A stretch of DNA of 64,000 nucleotides, taken from an uncultured Alphaproteobacteria bacterium. GTDB taxonomy: Bacteria; Pseudomonadota; Alphaproteobacteria; RF32; CAG-239. This document shows, one piece after another, positions 24,596 to 35,561 of the stretch (positions within the stretch are counted from its first letter, which is position 1; every line of letters starts with the position of its first letter). The stretch lies in NCBI GenBank assembly GCA_944391415.1, contig CALXTM010000004.1:27783-91782 (forward strand), written 5' to 3'. The notes below the pieces were generated by a model that worked only from the letters and a program-made list of their open reading frames with translations, searched no databases and was not told the DNA's origin. The translations under genes were made by a program, and so were the position numbers.

Positions 24596-25093
24596 GTGCA
24601 AATAATGATAAAAATATGGATGCTGGCGGTGTTGATGCTGGTTGGCAGTTCGGTTTGCCAGGCCGCTGATGGTTTTGGTGTGGTTGATGGCGATAGCTTG
24701 GAATATCAAGGCGAGAGAATCCGAATCCTTGATATAGATGCACCCGAGTTTTTGCAAAAATGTTATGATGCCAGTGGATGGAAATATCGGTGCGGTTTTG
24801 AGGCCAAGGAGTATCTTCGCAAGTTGGTAAGCGGAAGTGTCAGATGTGAGAGATTTGGCAAAGACAGATATGGAAGATCGCTGATGGATTGCTTTACCGA
24901 AGACGGAACCAATATCGGTCAAGAAATGGTGAGGCAGGGGTATGCAATGGCGTATAGCAATAGATATAAACAGCAAGAAACAGAAGCAAAAAATAATAAA
25001 AGAGGAATTTGGCAGGGAAAATTTATGCGACCTGAACTTTACAGAGCTCTGAAGAAAACACATGACGATTTGAAGAAAAACAAAAAAAGATAG
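24596..25093 (+). CDS. secreted thermonuclease (SNase-like) family nuclease
   Basis: Signal peptide, then DGDS...RIRILDIDAPE...RYGRSL...VRQGYAMAY...KRGIW, matching the staphylococcal nuclease active-site blocks. Confidence 0.8.
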   Translation: MQIMIKIWMLAVLMLVGSSVCQAADGFGVVDGDSLEYQGERIRILDIDAPEFLQKCYDASGWKYRCGFEAKEYLRKLVSGSVRCERFGKDRYGRSLMDCFTEDGTNIGQEMVRQGYAMAYSNRYKQQETEAKNNKRGIWQGKFMRPELYRALKKTHDDLKKNKKR

Positions 25094-25102
25094 AGATTCT
25101 TG

Positions 25103-25130
25103 TTGACAGAGATAAAAAGTTATGTATATT
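25103..25130 (+). promoter_or_regulatory. sigma70-like promoter for rplU-rpmA(-obg)
   Basis: TTGACA (25103-25108), a 16-nt spacer, then TATATT (25125-25130). Confidence 0.5.
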
Positions 25131-25173
25131 TGCAAGCAACGTTTTATGTTTTTAAATATAAAGGTGAAAGAAT

Positions 25174-25476
25174 ATGTATGCAGTAATTAGAACCGGCGGT
25201 AAGCAATATCGCGTTACATCAGGCGATGTAATCAAAATTGAAAAGATTGCCGGAGAAGAAGGTAAAGAGGTCGTTTTTAACGATGTTTTGGCTTTGGGAG
25301 ACACTATTGGTACTCCTTTGGTTTCGGGTGCTTCGGTTAAGGCTACTGTTTTGAAACAGGCCAAAGATGCCAAAGTTATCATATTTAAGAAAAAAAGAAG
25401 ACAAAATTATCGTCGTAAAAATGGTCACAGACAGAATATTACATTGGTTAAAATCACCGATGTAGCTGGTAAGTAA
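25174..25476 (+). CDS. rplU: 50S ribosomal protein L21
   Basis: [14 protein letters not shown]... is the L21 signature. Confidence 0.9.
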   Translation: MYAVIRTGGKQYRVTSGDVIKIEKIAGEEGKEVVFNDVLALGDTIGTPLVSGASVKATVLKQAKDAKVIIFKKKRRQNYRRKNGHRQNITLVKITDVAGK

Positions 25477-25492
25477 TAAGGAGATTTGAACA

Positions 25493-25747
25493 ATGGCTCA
25501 TAAGAAATCAGGCGGTAGCTCTGCAAACGGGCGCGACTCCATCGGGCGTCGTTTGGGTTTGAAAAAATCTGGCGGTCAGGCCGTTATTCCGGGTAACATC
25601 ATCGTTCGTCAACGTGGTACACAGTATCATCCGGGCGCAAATGTCGGAATGGGCAAAGATCATACCATTTTTGCACTGAGCGAAGGTAAGGTTGTGTTCT
25701 CGAAGAAAGCCGGGGACAGAACGATTGTATCGGTTGTTGCCGAGTAA
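25493..25747 (+). CDS. rpmA: 50S ribosomal protein L27
   Basis: [10 protein letters not shown]...[10 protein letters not shown] is the L27 signature. Confidence 0.9.
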   Translation: MAHKKSGGSSANGRDSIGRRLGLKKSGGQAVIPGNIIVRQRGTQYHPGANVGMGKDHTIFALSEGKVVFSKKAGDRTIVSVVAE

Positions 25748-25771
25748 GTCAGATCAAAATGCTATAAAATG

Positions 25772-25808
25772 TCAAGGGGGATGTGTTTTGCGTCCCCTTT
25801 ACTTTTCA
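25772..25808 (+). terminator. partial terminator/attenuator between rpmA and obg
   Basis: AAGGGG...CCCCTT hairpin followed by TACTTTTC. Confidence 0.45.
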
Positions 25809-25856
25809 AAAAAATAAGATATCTTGAAAACAAAATGGTTGGTAATTTGTAATTAA

Positions 25857-27312
<1,456 letters not shown>

Positions 27313-27313
<1 letters not shown>

Positions 27314-27351
27314 AAACAAGGCTTGGCCGAAAAGACCAAGCCTTGTTTTTA
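27313..27351. terminator. bidirectional intrinsic terminator between rsfS (+) and hypothetical (-)
   Basis: AAAACAAGGCTTGG ccgaaaag ACCAAGCCTTGTTTT, with runs on both sides. Confidence 0.65.
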
Positions 27352-27873
27352 TTTGGCGAATTTTCCAGCCATCTCCTCGATGGTGATGGGGCGGAGAAAA
27401 GAGACAAGCAAGTTGTCAACATATTCTCCGTTTGGGTCCAGGCTCTCTTGGAATACCGAAGAGGTGAGGACCTGCTTTCTTGCGTAGGTGCAAAGGGCAA
27501 AGGTATCTTTTCTTAGGTACACTCTGAACCTTTCGGCAGGGCGGAATGATAATTTGTCACCTTCCAGTTTGAAGATGACCTTATCTCCGCCGACGATGAC
27601 CAGGAGAAAGCCATAGGGCCTTTTGATGGCAAACACTGAGTGAAGAAAATGATGCTTGTTGTAAACATCATAAACTGCCACATCTTTGGCTTTGAATGGT
27701 CGACCGGGCAAATTACGAAAGTATTTGTTGACAACTTTCAGTAGCTCATCAGGCGTGTGTGCCGGGGAGGCTAATTTGCCGATGATTTCGCCATTTTGCT
27801 GCAATAAAGCAAGTTCCTGTGCAGCCCTTTCCGTCTTAGAAAAGATTGCTGCTGCTATTTTTAATTTATCCAT
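27349..27873 (-). CDS. hypothetical protein
   Basis: 174 aa; no family recognised by eye. Good codon usage, and it lies downstream of rlmH on the same strand. Confidence 0.5.
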   Translation of the reverse strand: MDKLKIAAAIFSKTERAAQELALLQQNGEIIGKLASPAHTPDELLKVVNKYFRNLPGRPFKAKDVAVYDVYNKHHFLHSVFAIKRPYGFLLVIVGGDKVIFKLEGDKLSFRPAERFRVYLRKDTFALCTYARKQVLTSSVFQESLDPNGEYVDNLLVSFLRPITIEEMAGKFAK

Positions 27874-27929
27874 AATAAAATTTTTTCAGGACAAATATAG
27901 ACGAAAAAAATCAGGCTGTCAATATAAAA

Positions 27930-28370
27930 TTATTCACGATGATAAGGATGCCCGGCAATAATGGTTTGGATGCGATAAATTTGTTCGGCAAGAACAGCAC
28001 GCATGAGCATATGCGGCAGGGTTAGTTTGCCAAAAGACAAGATAAGGTCAGCTTTGTCGCGGGTTGATTGCAAGTGACCGTCGGCTCCGCCAATTAAAAA
28101 GCAAATCTCTGATATGCCGTCAAGCTGCCATTTGGCAACAGTGGCGGCAAGCTCGGTCGATTTTATGTTTACACCGCGCTCGTCAAGAACTATGACCTTG
28201 GCACCGTGGGGAATATTTTGCTGCAAAAATAAAGCCTCGTCTTCTTGGGTGGAGTTGTCTTTTTCTTTGATGCTGATTTGCCAAGACGAACGCTTGGCAT
28301 ACTCGTCGATGATGGCAGCCTCGGGAGAGGATTTTTTGCATTTACCAATGGCCAAAATGGTTACTTTCAT
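27930..28370 (-). CDS. rlmH: 23S rRNA (pseudouridine1915-N3)-methyltransferase RlmH
   Basis: 146 aa; SPOUT-family RlmH architecture (IGK...VLDERG...FLIGGADG...LSFGKLTLPH). Confidence 0.8.
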   Translation of the reverse strand: MKVTILAIGKCKKSSPEAAIIDEYAKRSSWQISIKEKDNSTQEDEALFLQQNIPHGAKVIVLDERGVNIKSTELAATVAKWQLDGISEICFLIGGADGHLQSTRDKADLILSFGKLTLPHMLMRAVLAEQIYRIQTIIAGHPYHRE

Positions 28371-29419
28371 CGGCAGACCTCCAGATCAAAAACATTCTGC
28401 AAAAAGAACAATGAAATATAGCACAGTAAAGCCGCGGCTATGGGGGTAAGAATCCAGCCGACGGCAATACGGCCGATTAGCCCCCAATTGATGCTAAAGC
28501 CACCTTTGGCAAGCCCAATGCCAATAACCGCTCCGATGATGGCTTGCGAACTAGATACCGGTACCAGCGGAAAGCTTGGCAAATGATGGCTGATGAGAAA
28601 ATTTTGCAAATTTTGCGAGGCAAAAAGATATAAGACCAATGCTTGGGAAACAACAGCTACCCATGCCATAAGCGGCGACATTTTGACAATACCGCTGCCA
28701 ACAGTGGTCATAAGTTTGTGAGAATAGGTAAACACCCCAACACTGATGGCAATACCTCCGATAAAAAATAATACCTGAGTGGCCGAAAGACTAAAATAAG
28801 GGCCGAAATTTACGGCGTGCAAAGGACTTGATGCAACAAAAACGCCCATGACATTGGCAATGTTGTTGGCTCCTAAAGCATAAGCTCCAAAAGCCCCGGC
28901 CAGAATTAGCCCAATGCGAGTGTAGCAGTCTTGACGAATCAGCGTGATGTGGCAACGACGGATGATGATGCGTACCAAAAAATAGAGCAGCACGGCAATA
29001 ACTCCGGCCAGAATCGGGCAAAAAATCCAAGTGCCGACGATTTTGCTTAGAACCGAAATATCGGTTGGTTTGCCAGCAAAAAAGTTCCAGCCGATGATGC
29101 TGCCGACAATGGCTTGGGAGGTAGAAACAGGAAGAGAAATCTTGACCGTCCAATAAATTGTCAGAGCCGCTGCCAAAGCTGCCATGAAGGCTCCGGCCAG
29201 AGTGTTAACGGAACCCAGCGTGCCAAGGGTTTGTGAAGCACCTGATCCGGCATAAACTGCCCCAATGATGATAAAGATTGAGGAAATTATGGCTGCAGTT
29301 TTAAATTTGACCATTTTGGTACCGACCGCAGTGCCAAAAATATTGGCCGCATCACTGGCACCAAGAGACCAACCAAGAAATAAGCCAGAGCTGAGATAAA
29401 AAAGAAATGATAACTCCAT
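28367..29419 (-). CDS. inorganic phosphate transporter, PiT family
   Basis: 350 aa polytopic membrane protein with duplicated GANDVANxxG-like motifs (GASDAANIFGTAVG, GANNIANVMG). Confidence 0.8.
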   Translation of the reverse strand: MELSFLFYLSSGLFLGWSLGASDAANIFGTAVGTKMVKFKTAAIISSIFIIIGAVYAGSGASQTLGTLGSVNTLAGAFMAALAAALTIYWTVKISLPVSTSQAIVGSIIGWNFFAGKPTDISVLSKIVGTWIFCPILAGVIAVLLYFLVRIIIRRCHITLIRQDCYTRIGLILAGAFGAYALGANNIANVMGVFVASSPLHAVNFGPYFSLSATQVLFFIGGIAISVGVFTYSHKLMTTVGSGIVKMSPLMAWVAVVSQALVLYLFASQNLQNFLISHHLPSFPLVPVSSSQAIIGAVIGIGLAKGGFSINWGLIGRIAVGWILTPIAAALLCYISLFFLQNVFDLEVCR

Positions 29420-30078
29420 CAGATGTTCCTTTTGATGGTGAAAATGAGCAATTCATCAATAAAATCTTCGGCAATGTCGGCAATGTCGGCAATTTCGTTA
29501 ATAAACTGTTTGAGCTGAAGCTTGTTGGCTAACGGCATTGAGGAATCGAAAACCCGTTCTAATAATTGGCGCGAGCACAAATCTGATTCATGCTCAATAA
29601 AATAGACTTTTTGCGAGTAATCTCGAACCGAAACCATGTCGCGAAAAAAAGAACGTGACGCTTTACCCATATTCTCAGCGCAGTCAGAGCTTAGCTTGGC
29701 AAGATCTTTGATGCTTGAGTGATAGTCTTGCGGAAACTCCGGCCTTTCGACATAAAACATATAGGTGGCCTCGTCAAATTTGTTAATGACACGGTCCAAA
29801 TTTTCGGTCAGCTGCAAAACATCGGCGCGTAAGTCCGGCAAAAGATTGTTGGCATAAAGTTGGTTTTCGATACTGCGGCGCAGAGCGTCAGCCTCGTGCT
29901 CGATTTTTTTGATTTTGCGGGAAATTTTTTGAAAATTTTCACTCCGTCCTTCTTTAAGGTAGGCTGATACCGCTTTACTGAATGTCATAGAGGCATCAAT
30001 CAATTTGTCATGAAAACGATCAATCTCATACTCAAGAGCTTTGGTGCGAGAAAATACAGAAAGATGAAGGTGAAACAT
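29419..30078 (-). CDS. DUF47/PhoU-like Pit accessory protein
   Basis: 219 aa helical protein directly upstream of and overlapping pit. This is the usual DUF47-Pit pairing. Confidence 0.55.
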   Translation of the reverse strand: MFHLHLSVFSRTKALEYEIDRFHDKLIDASMTFSKAVSAYLKEGRSENFQKISRKIKKIEHEADALRRSIENQLYANNLLPDLRADVLQLTENLDRVINKFDEATYMFYVERPEFPQDYHSSIKDLAKLSSDCAENMGKASRSFFRDMVSVRDYSQKVYFIEHESDLCSRQLLERVFDSSMPLANKLQLKQFINEIADIADIAEDFIDELLIFTIKRNI

Positions 30079-30243
30079 TATAATTTATCCTTGATTGAAA
30101 AATTGTATAATTGCGTTTAACGGCAATTATGAGGTATATATTTTATATTATCAATAATATTTATTTTTGGGCTTGTAAATAATATTTTGTTTGATTAATA
30201 TAGACCTGGTTTTGGTAATTCATAAATTTATAAGGAATGAAAA

Positions 30244-30969
30244 ATGAAGAATATAAATGCTGTTTATGTATCCTTGGCGGCCTTGGTAGTTGCTTTGGTT
30301 GCTTTGGTTATGTGCGTTGTTTGCTGCACTAAAAGCAGCGACACGGCAATCGTCGAAGAGGCTTTGTATCAAAAGCCAGAGTTGGTTGTCCAAGCTATGC
30401 AGATTTTTGAACAAAAACAAAGAGAAGAGGCTTTGAGACAAGTTGAAGAGAACATCAAAGCTAATGCCGATGAACTCTATAACAGAGCAGACGACGGTAT
30501 TATCGGCAACCCTGATGGTAATTTGGTTTTGGTTGAGTTTTTTGATTTCTCATGCTCTTATTGCCACAGAGTATATCCAGCATTGAAAGAGATTATTGTT
30601 AATAATCCTGATGTTAAAGTCGTTGCAAAGCCCATGGCTTTCTTGGCTCCGGTTTCGAAATACGCTGCCGAGGCTGCTTTGGCTGCCAACGAACAGGGAA
30701 AATTTGCCGAGGTATATTCAGCATTGTTTGAATCCAAAGGCAGATTGACCGAAGAAAAAGTTGATGAAATCGTAGCCGCAACCGGTGTAGATATGGAAAA
30801 AATTAAGGCGGATATGAAGTCAGAAAAAGTTCAAAATACTTTGAACGCAACTTCAGATTTGGCTACAAGAATCCAGGTAAGCGGTGTTCCGGCTTTGGTA
30901 TTTAACAATAAATTCTTGCAAACATTGGATGCCTCGGTTATTCAAGAGGCCATTAATGCCGCAAGATAA
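30244..30969 (+). CDS. DsbA-family thiol:disulfide oxidoreductase (membrane anchored)
   Basis: N-terminal TM helix and a thioredoxin fold with a CSYC active site (FDFSCSYCHRVYP). Confidence 0.75.
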   Translation: MKNINAVYVSLAALVVALVALVMCVVCCTKSSDTAIVEEALYQKPELVVQAMQIFEQKQREEALRQVEENIKANADELYNRADDGIIGNPDGNLVLVEFFDFSCSYCHRVYPALKEIIVNNPDVKVVAKPMAFLAPVSKYAAEAALAANEQGKFAEVYSALFESKGRLTEEKVDEIVAATGVDMEKIKADMKSEKVQNTLNATSDLATRIQVSGVPALVFNNKFLQTLDASVIQEAINAAR

Positions 30970-30992
30970 TTAGTTCTTTTGTTAAATCTTTG

Positions 30993-31025
30993 GAGCGGCC
31001 CATAGAAAGGCTGCTCTTTTTTGTT
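30993..31025 (+). terminator. intrinsic terminator after dsbA-like gene
   Basis: GAGCGGCC...GGCTGCTC imperfect stem followed by TTTTTTGTTGG. Confidence 0.5.
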
Positions 31026-31113
31026 GGATTTTTGAACAAAAGCTTGTGTTTTGCGAATAAAAAAATTATATATAAAAAAGATGTTATTTTTTTGAGCTTT
31101 TAAGGATTGTAAA

Positions 31114-32979
31114 ATGGGAATGGGGAAAAACTTTGTTATTTGGCTCGGAGTGTTTGTCGCACTGTCTTTGGCCGTTAGTCTTTGGGATGGTGATCAGGCA
31201 AAAGTTGGTGCCGAAAAATTGGCATTTTCCGAATTTATGGACAGAGTGGAAAATAAACAAATATCAGAAGTGGTAATAAGCGGAGCCAGCATTAGCGGAG
31301 TGGCAACCGACGGTACAAAGTTTTATACCTATGCTCCATATGACCCGACAATGGTTGAAGATCTGCGCAAAAACGATGTTAAGGTAACAGCAATGCCAGA
31401 AGATAACACCAGCAATAATTTGTGGGGAGTGTTTGTATCGTGGTTTCCGATGCTGTTGTTGATCGGTGTGTGGATATTTTTTATGCGACAGGCAAATTCC
31501 GGCAATAATAAGGCAATGAGTTTCGGAAAATCGCGCGCCAGGTTGGTGGAGAATACCAAAAAAGTTACTTTTGCCGATGTGGCCGGCGCTGATGAGGCAA
31601 AGCAGGAGTTGGAAGAGATAATTGATTTCTTAAAAGATCCGGCTAAGTTTCAGCGTTTGGGCGGCAAAATACCAAGAGGTGTGTTGATGGTTGGTCCTCC
31701 GGGAACAGGTAAAACACTGTTGGCCAGGGCGGTTGCCGGTGAGGCAGATGTGCCGTTCTTCTCAATTTCGGGCTCGGATTTTGTGGAGATGTTTGTCGGT
31801 GTTGGAGCGTCAAGAGTGCGTGATATGTTTGCTCAGGCCAAGAAAAATGCACCGTGTTTGTTGTTTATTGATGAAATTGATGCAGTGGGGCGTCATCGTG
31901 GTGCGGGGCTTGGCGGCGGCAACGATGAAAGAGAGCAAACCTTAAACCAGCTTTTGGTTGAAATGGACGGGTTTGAGGATAAAGAAAACGTGATCGTTAT
32001 TGCCGCAACCAACAGACCAGATGTGTTGGATCCGGCATTGTTGCGTCCGGGGCGGTTTGACAGGCAGGTTACGGTTACCAATCCGGACAAAAAAGGCCGT
32101 GAAGAGATTTTGAAGGTGCATGTTAAAAAGGTACCTTTGGCCAAAGATGTTAATCTGTCGGTTATTGCCCGCGGTACGCCTGGGTTTTCAGGGGCTGATT
32201 TGGCCAATCTGGTAAATGAGGCAGCGCTTTTGGCCGCCAGAAAAAACAAAACCAAAGTAACGTCAAAAGATTTTGACGAGGCAAAAGACAAGGTCCTGAT
32301 GGGGGCGGAACGCAAGTCGATGGCGATGGATGAGAACGAGAAAAAGCTGACGGCTTATCATGAGGCCGGGCATGCTATTTGCTCGTTGTTTGTGGAGGAA
32401 ACCGACCCGATACATAAGGCAACGATTATTCCGCGGGGGCGGGCGCTGGGAATGGTGCAACAATTGCCGGAAAAAGACCAGTATTCATATTCTAAAACCA
32501 AAATGTTGTCCAGACTTATCATTATGATGGGCGGCAGAGTGGCCGAAGAATTGAAATTCGGCCCGAAAAAGGTTACATCCGGTGCGTCGTCGGATATTGC
32601 CGCGGCGACCAATCTGGCGCGTTCAATGGTTACCGAATGGGGAATGAGCGACAAATTGGGCCCGGTTTTGTATGCCGAAAATACGGGCGAGGTCTTCTTG
32701 GGCAAATCGGTTACGCAAAGCCGCAATATGAGCGAGGAAACCGCCAAGTTGGTTGACGAGGAAATCAAAGCTTTGGTTATGAATGCTTATAAAGGGGCAA
32801 CGGCGCTTTTGACAGAACATCAGGCTGACTGGGAAAAGTTGTCTGAGGCACTGATTGAATATGAAACCTTGAGTGGGGATGAAATTAAAGATTTGCTCGC
32901 CGGCAAGGAAATCTCGAAAGAAGGGGATGCTCCGGTAGCAGAAGAAAAAAAGGTAAAAGCTTCAATTCCCGAAATATAA
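31114..32979 (+). CDS. ftsH: ATP-dependent zinc metalloprotease FtsH
   Basis: 621 aa with two TM segments, Walker A (GPPGTGKT), the SRH, and a HEAGHA zinc motif. Confidence 0.95.
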   Translation: MGMGKNFVIWLGVFVALSLAVSLWDGDQAKVGAEKLAFSEFMDRVENKQISEVVISGASISGVATDGTKFYTYAPYDPTMVEDLRKNDVKVTAMPEDNTSNNLWGVFVSWFPMLLLIGVWIFFMRQANSGNNKAMSFGKSRARLVENTKKVTFADVAGADEAKQELEEIIDFLKDPAKFQRLGGKIPRGVLMVGPPGTGKTLLARAVAGEADVPFFSISGSDFVEMFVGVGASRVRDMFAQAKKNAPCLLFIDEIDAVGRHRGAGLGGGNDEREQTLNQLLVEMDGFEDKENVIVIAATNRPDVLDPALLRPGRFDRQVTVTNPDKKGREEILKVHVKKVPLAKDVNLSVIARGTPGFSGADLANLVNEAALLAARKNKTKVTSKDFDEAKDKVLMGAERKSMAMDENEKKLTAYHEAGHAICSLFVEETDPIHKATIIPRGRALGMVQQLPEKDQYSYSKTKMLSRLIIMMGGRVAEELKFGPKKVTSGASSDIAAATNLARSMVTEWGMSDKLGPVLYAENTGEVFLGKSVTQSRNMSEETAKLVDEEIKALVMNAYKGATALLTEHQADWEKLSEALIEYETLSGDEIKDLLAGKEISKEGDAPVAEEKKVKASIPEI

Positions 32980-32995
32980 GTAATCTGTTGACTAA

Positions 32996-33024
32996 AGAGA
33001 GGAGCTTTGGCTCCTCTTTTTTTT
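32996..33024 (+). terminator. intrinsic terminator after ftsH
   Basis: AGAGGAGC tttg GCTCCTCT followed by T8. Confidence 0.7.
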
Positions 33025-33081
33025 GTTGTATTGAAGATAAAAATGTGATAATATCAATAATGTGAAAACAAATTATTATAT

Positions 33082-33465
33082 ATGGAAAATAAAAAAATTT
33101 TTTCTTCAGCATCAAGGATGACTGAAGAAGATCAGTTTGTCAGGGCGTTATATCGTCTTGATGTTGAGGGCATAAAAAAAGGCATTGAGACCTTTGGAAT
33201 TAATGCCAAACTCTCGGACGAGAGCACAATTTCAGTAGATAATGGTATGGATTATGTCCATTATCGCGAGACGGTGCGGCCTCTGGACCTTGTGAAAGGA
33301 CGCAGCGAGGTGATGGAAAATTGGCTTCGCTCGCTGGGGGCAAAAACTCAGGCCGAATTTGAGGCTGAAGAACGAAAGGCTGAACGAGCTGCTCAGGAAG
33401 CTGAGATGGCTGCCCGTGAGGCCAAGTTGCAGGCAGAAATAGATGCTGTTATGGCATCTAAATAA
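33082..33465 (+). CDS. small ankyrin-repeat-like protein with KE/A-rich C-terminal helix (paralog 1)
   Basis: 127 aa; RPLDLVKGRSEVMENWLRSLGAKTQAE resembles an ANK repeat. The tail is EAEERKAERAAQEAEMAAREAKLQAE. It is paralogous to 33571-34017. Confidence 0.6.
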   Translation: MENKKIFSSASRMTEEDQFVRALYRLDVEGIKKGIETFGINAKLSDESTISVDNGMDYVHYRETVRPLDLVKGRSEVMENWLRSLGAKTQAEFEAEERKAERAAQEAEMAAREAKLQAEIDAVMASK

Positions 33466-33570
33466 GCCTGAAGAAAAGAATAAAATGGTGTTTGAGCAAT
33501 GAAAAGCTCAGACGCCATTTTTTGATGGAGATTAAAGCTTTTTCTTGACAAAAATGGAAAAAAGTTTAGT

Positions 33571-34017
33571 TTGAAGGCAAATGGTTATTATTTAATAAAT
33601 TATATTATGTACGAAGGTAAAAAATTTTTGAGAGCGCTAAAGCTTGTCTTTTGTGCGAAAGAAAGAAAAAGGATTCAATTGGAGCGATTGGTTTATAAAA
33701 CCATTGGCAACCAAGATGTTGACAAGATGATCGAGCTTATAAAAAATGGGCTTGATGTCAATATGGAGATCAGGAAAAGCAGCATTTTTTCGGAGCGGAT
33801 TGTTTCTAAAACGATTTGGCGTCCGATGGATGTGGCCGCAAGGGCAAATTCCAACTCGATGATGAAACTCTTGAAAGGTGTTGGTGCCAAAACTCAAGAG
33901 GAAGTCAGAGCTGAGGAATATGAGGCACGATTGATGAGCCAGAAGCAAAAGGAAGAACAAGAAAAGAAGGCTGAGCAAGAGCGCGAGCAAAAAGTTGCAG
34001 AGTTCTTGAAAAAATGA
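33571..34017 (+). CDS. small ankyrin-repeat-like protein with KE-rich C-terminal helix (paralog 2)
   Basis: 148 aa (the start may be the internal ATG at 33607); RPMDVAARANSNSMMKLLKGVGAKTQEE plus the tail EEYEARLMSQKQKEEQEKKAEQEREQK. It shares FxRAL...RP[LM]D...GAKTQ[AE]E architecture with 33082-33465. Confidence 0.6.
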   Translation: MKANGYYLINYIMYEGKKFLRALKLVFCAKERKRIQLERLVYKTIGNQDVDKMIELIKNGLDVNMEIRKSSIFSERIVSKTIWRPMDVAARANSNSMMKLLKGVGAKTQEEVRAEEYEARLMSQKQKEEQEKKAEQEREQKVAEFLKK

Positions 34018-34030
34018 TCTGTCTTCTGCA

Positions 34031-34068
34031 AAAAAACGACACAATCTTGATAAATTGTGTCGTTTTTT
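34031..34068 (+). terminator. intrinsic terminator after ANK paralog 2
   Basis: Perfect 10-bp stem ACGACACAAT/ATTGTGTCGT followed by T6. Confidence 0.75.
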
Positions 34069-34206
34069 GTGAGGTACCATAAATAGATAAATTTGATTGT
34101 TTGACTCGAATTAGACAAAAAAGTCAAAATGACTCAAACAGAGTCTGGAAAAGGGTTTGCTAAAATTAAAAAAGTGAATTTTTTTCAATTTTTTTCATTT
34201 TTTTAC

Positions 34207-34235
34207 TTGCAATTTGATTTGTGATATGTTATAAG
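34207..34235 (+). promoter_or_regulatory. sigma70-like promoter of S10 operon
   Basis: TTGCAA, a 17-nt spacer, then TATAAG. About 220 nt of leader follow before rpsJ. Confidence 0.5.
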
Positions 34236-34456
34236 AAGCGCGTATCAAAGGGGTTGAGGCTAATAATGCCGGCAACCTTTGGGATATAAAACATAACGCA
34301 ACCTTAGGTTTTTCAAGCAATTGCTTGGCAAGTTGATAATAAAAATTATAACGGGAAAATGAAATCATAAGGCTCTGTATAAGGTTTAACTTTTAGATGG
34401 CAAACTTCTAAATAGCATGGGGTTATGCCGTCTAGTTATAAGGAAAAGTGTTTAAG

Positions 34457-34765
34457 ATGGATACACAAAATATAAGAATTCGCCTGAAGGCTTTTGATCA
34501 TCGTTTGCTTGATCTTTCTACCAAAGAGATTGTGCATACAGCCAAAAGAACAGGCGCCAATGTCAGAGGTCCTATTCCTCTGCCGACAAGAATCGAAAAG
34601 TTTACGGTAAACCGTTCGCCGCACGTTAATAAAAAGTCGCGTGAGCAGTTCGAAATCCGTACTCACAAGAGACTCTTGGATATCGTAGATCCGACACCGC
34701 AAACGGTTGATGCTTTGATGAAGCTTGATTTGGCTGCCGGTGTTAATGTTGAAATTAAGTTATAA
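34457..34765 (+). CDS. rpsJ: 30S ribosomal protein S10
   Basis: [19 protein letters not shown]... matches S10. The ATG is at 34457; the listed ORF opens at GTG 34448. Confidence 0.9.
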   Translation: MDTQNIRIRLKAFDHRLLDLSTKEIVHTAKRTGANVRGPIPLPTRIEKFTVNRSPHVNKKSREQFEIRTHKRLLDIVDPTPQTVDALMKLDLAAGVNVEIKL

Positions 34766-34823
34766 TGTTAATGTTGGCTTGTTGAATGGCAAGTCAACCT
34801 ATTAAGAGAAGGAAAAACTAATA

Positions 34824-35552
34824 ATGCGTACAGGTCTGATTGCAAAAAAACTTGGAATGTCCCGCATTTTTGATGTTGACGGTACTCATGTGCCGGTTAC
34901 GGTTTTGCAAGTTGACGGCTTGGAAGTTGTTGCAGTTAAAACTCAAGCAAAGGACGGATATAATTCGGTTCAATTGGGTTGCGGCAATATCAAAGCAAAG
35001 AACTTGACCAAACCTTTGAAGGGATATTTTGCAAAGGCTAATGTTGAGCCGAAGAGCAAATTGGCAGAATTCAGAGTTTCTGAAGATTGCTTATTGTCTG
35101 TCGGCGATAAATTATCTGTAGAACATTTTGTTCCGGGGCAGTTTGTTGACGTTTGCGGAACATCAATCGGTAAGGGGTTTGCCGGCGTTATGAAACGTCA
35201 CAACTTTGCCGGTTTGGAAGCATCTCACGGTGTATCTATTTCGCACCGTTCTCACGGTTCTACAGGACAAAGACAGGATCCCGGTAAAGTATTTAAGGGC
35301 AAAAAAATGGCCGGACATATGGGTGATGAACGCGTTACCGTTCAAAACTTGAAAGTTGTTTCGGTTAATGCCGATAAGGGATTGATTATGGTTAAAGGTG
35401 GTGTTCCGGGAAGTGAAAACTCTTGGGTATATGTTACCGATGCCGTTAAGAAATCTTCTTCGGTTAAGTTGCCGATGCCTGCCGGTTTGATTAAAGTTGA
35501 TGAACCTGTTGCAGCTAAAGCCGAGGCTGAAACTCCGGCTGAAAATGCATAA
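34824..35552 (+). CDS. rplC: 50S ribosomal protein L3
   Basis: [16 protein letters not shown]... is the L3 signature. Confidence 0.9.
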   Translation: MRTGLIAKKLGMSRIFDVDGTHVPVTVLQVDGLEVVAVKTQAKDGYNSVQLGCGNIKAKNLTKPLKGYFAKANVEPKSKLAEFRVSEDCLLSVGDKLSVEHFVPGQFVDVCGTSIGKGFAGVMKRHNFAGLEASHGVSISHRSHGSTGQRQDPGKVFKGKKMAGHMGDERVTVQNLKVVSVNADKGLIMVKGGVPGSENSWVYVTDAVKKSSSVKLPMPAGLIKVDEPVAAKAEAETPAENA

Positions 35553-35561
35553 ACTATAAGG

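Noticed and set aside
24536-25135. 199-aa minus-strand ORF overlapping the thermonuclease gene
   Set aside because: It is antisense to a gene with clear SNase motifs. It arises from an AT-rich reverse frame.
33637-34127. Minus-strand ORFs (147, 65, 77 aa) overlapping ANK paralog 2 and its downstream spacer
   Set aside because: They are antisense to a gene with a clear paralog relationship. Their translations are low-complexity (L/F/S runs).
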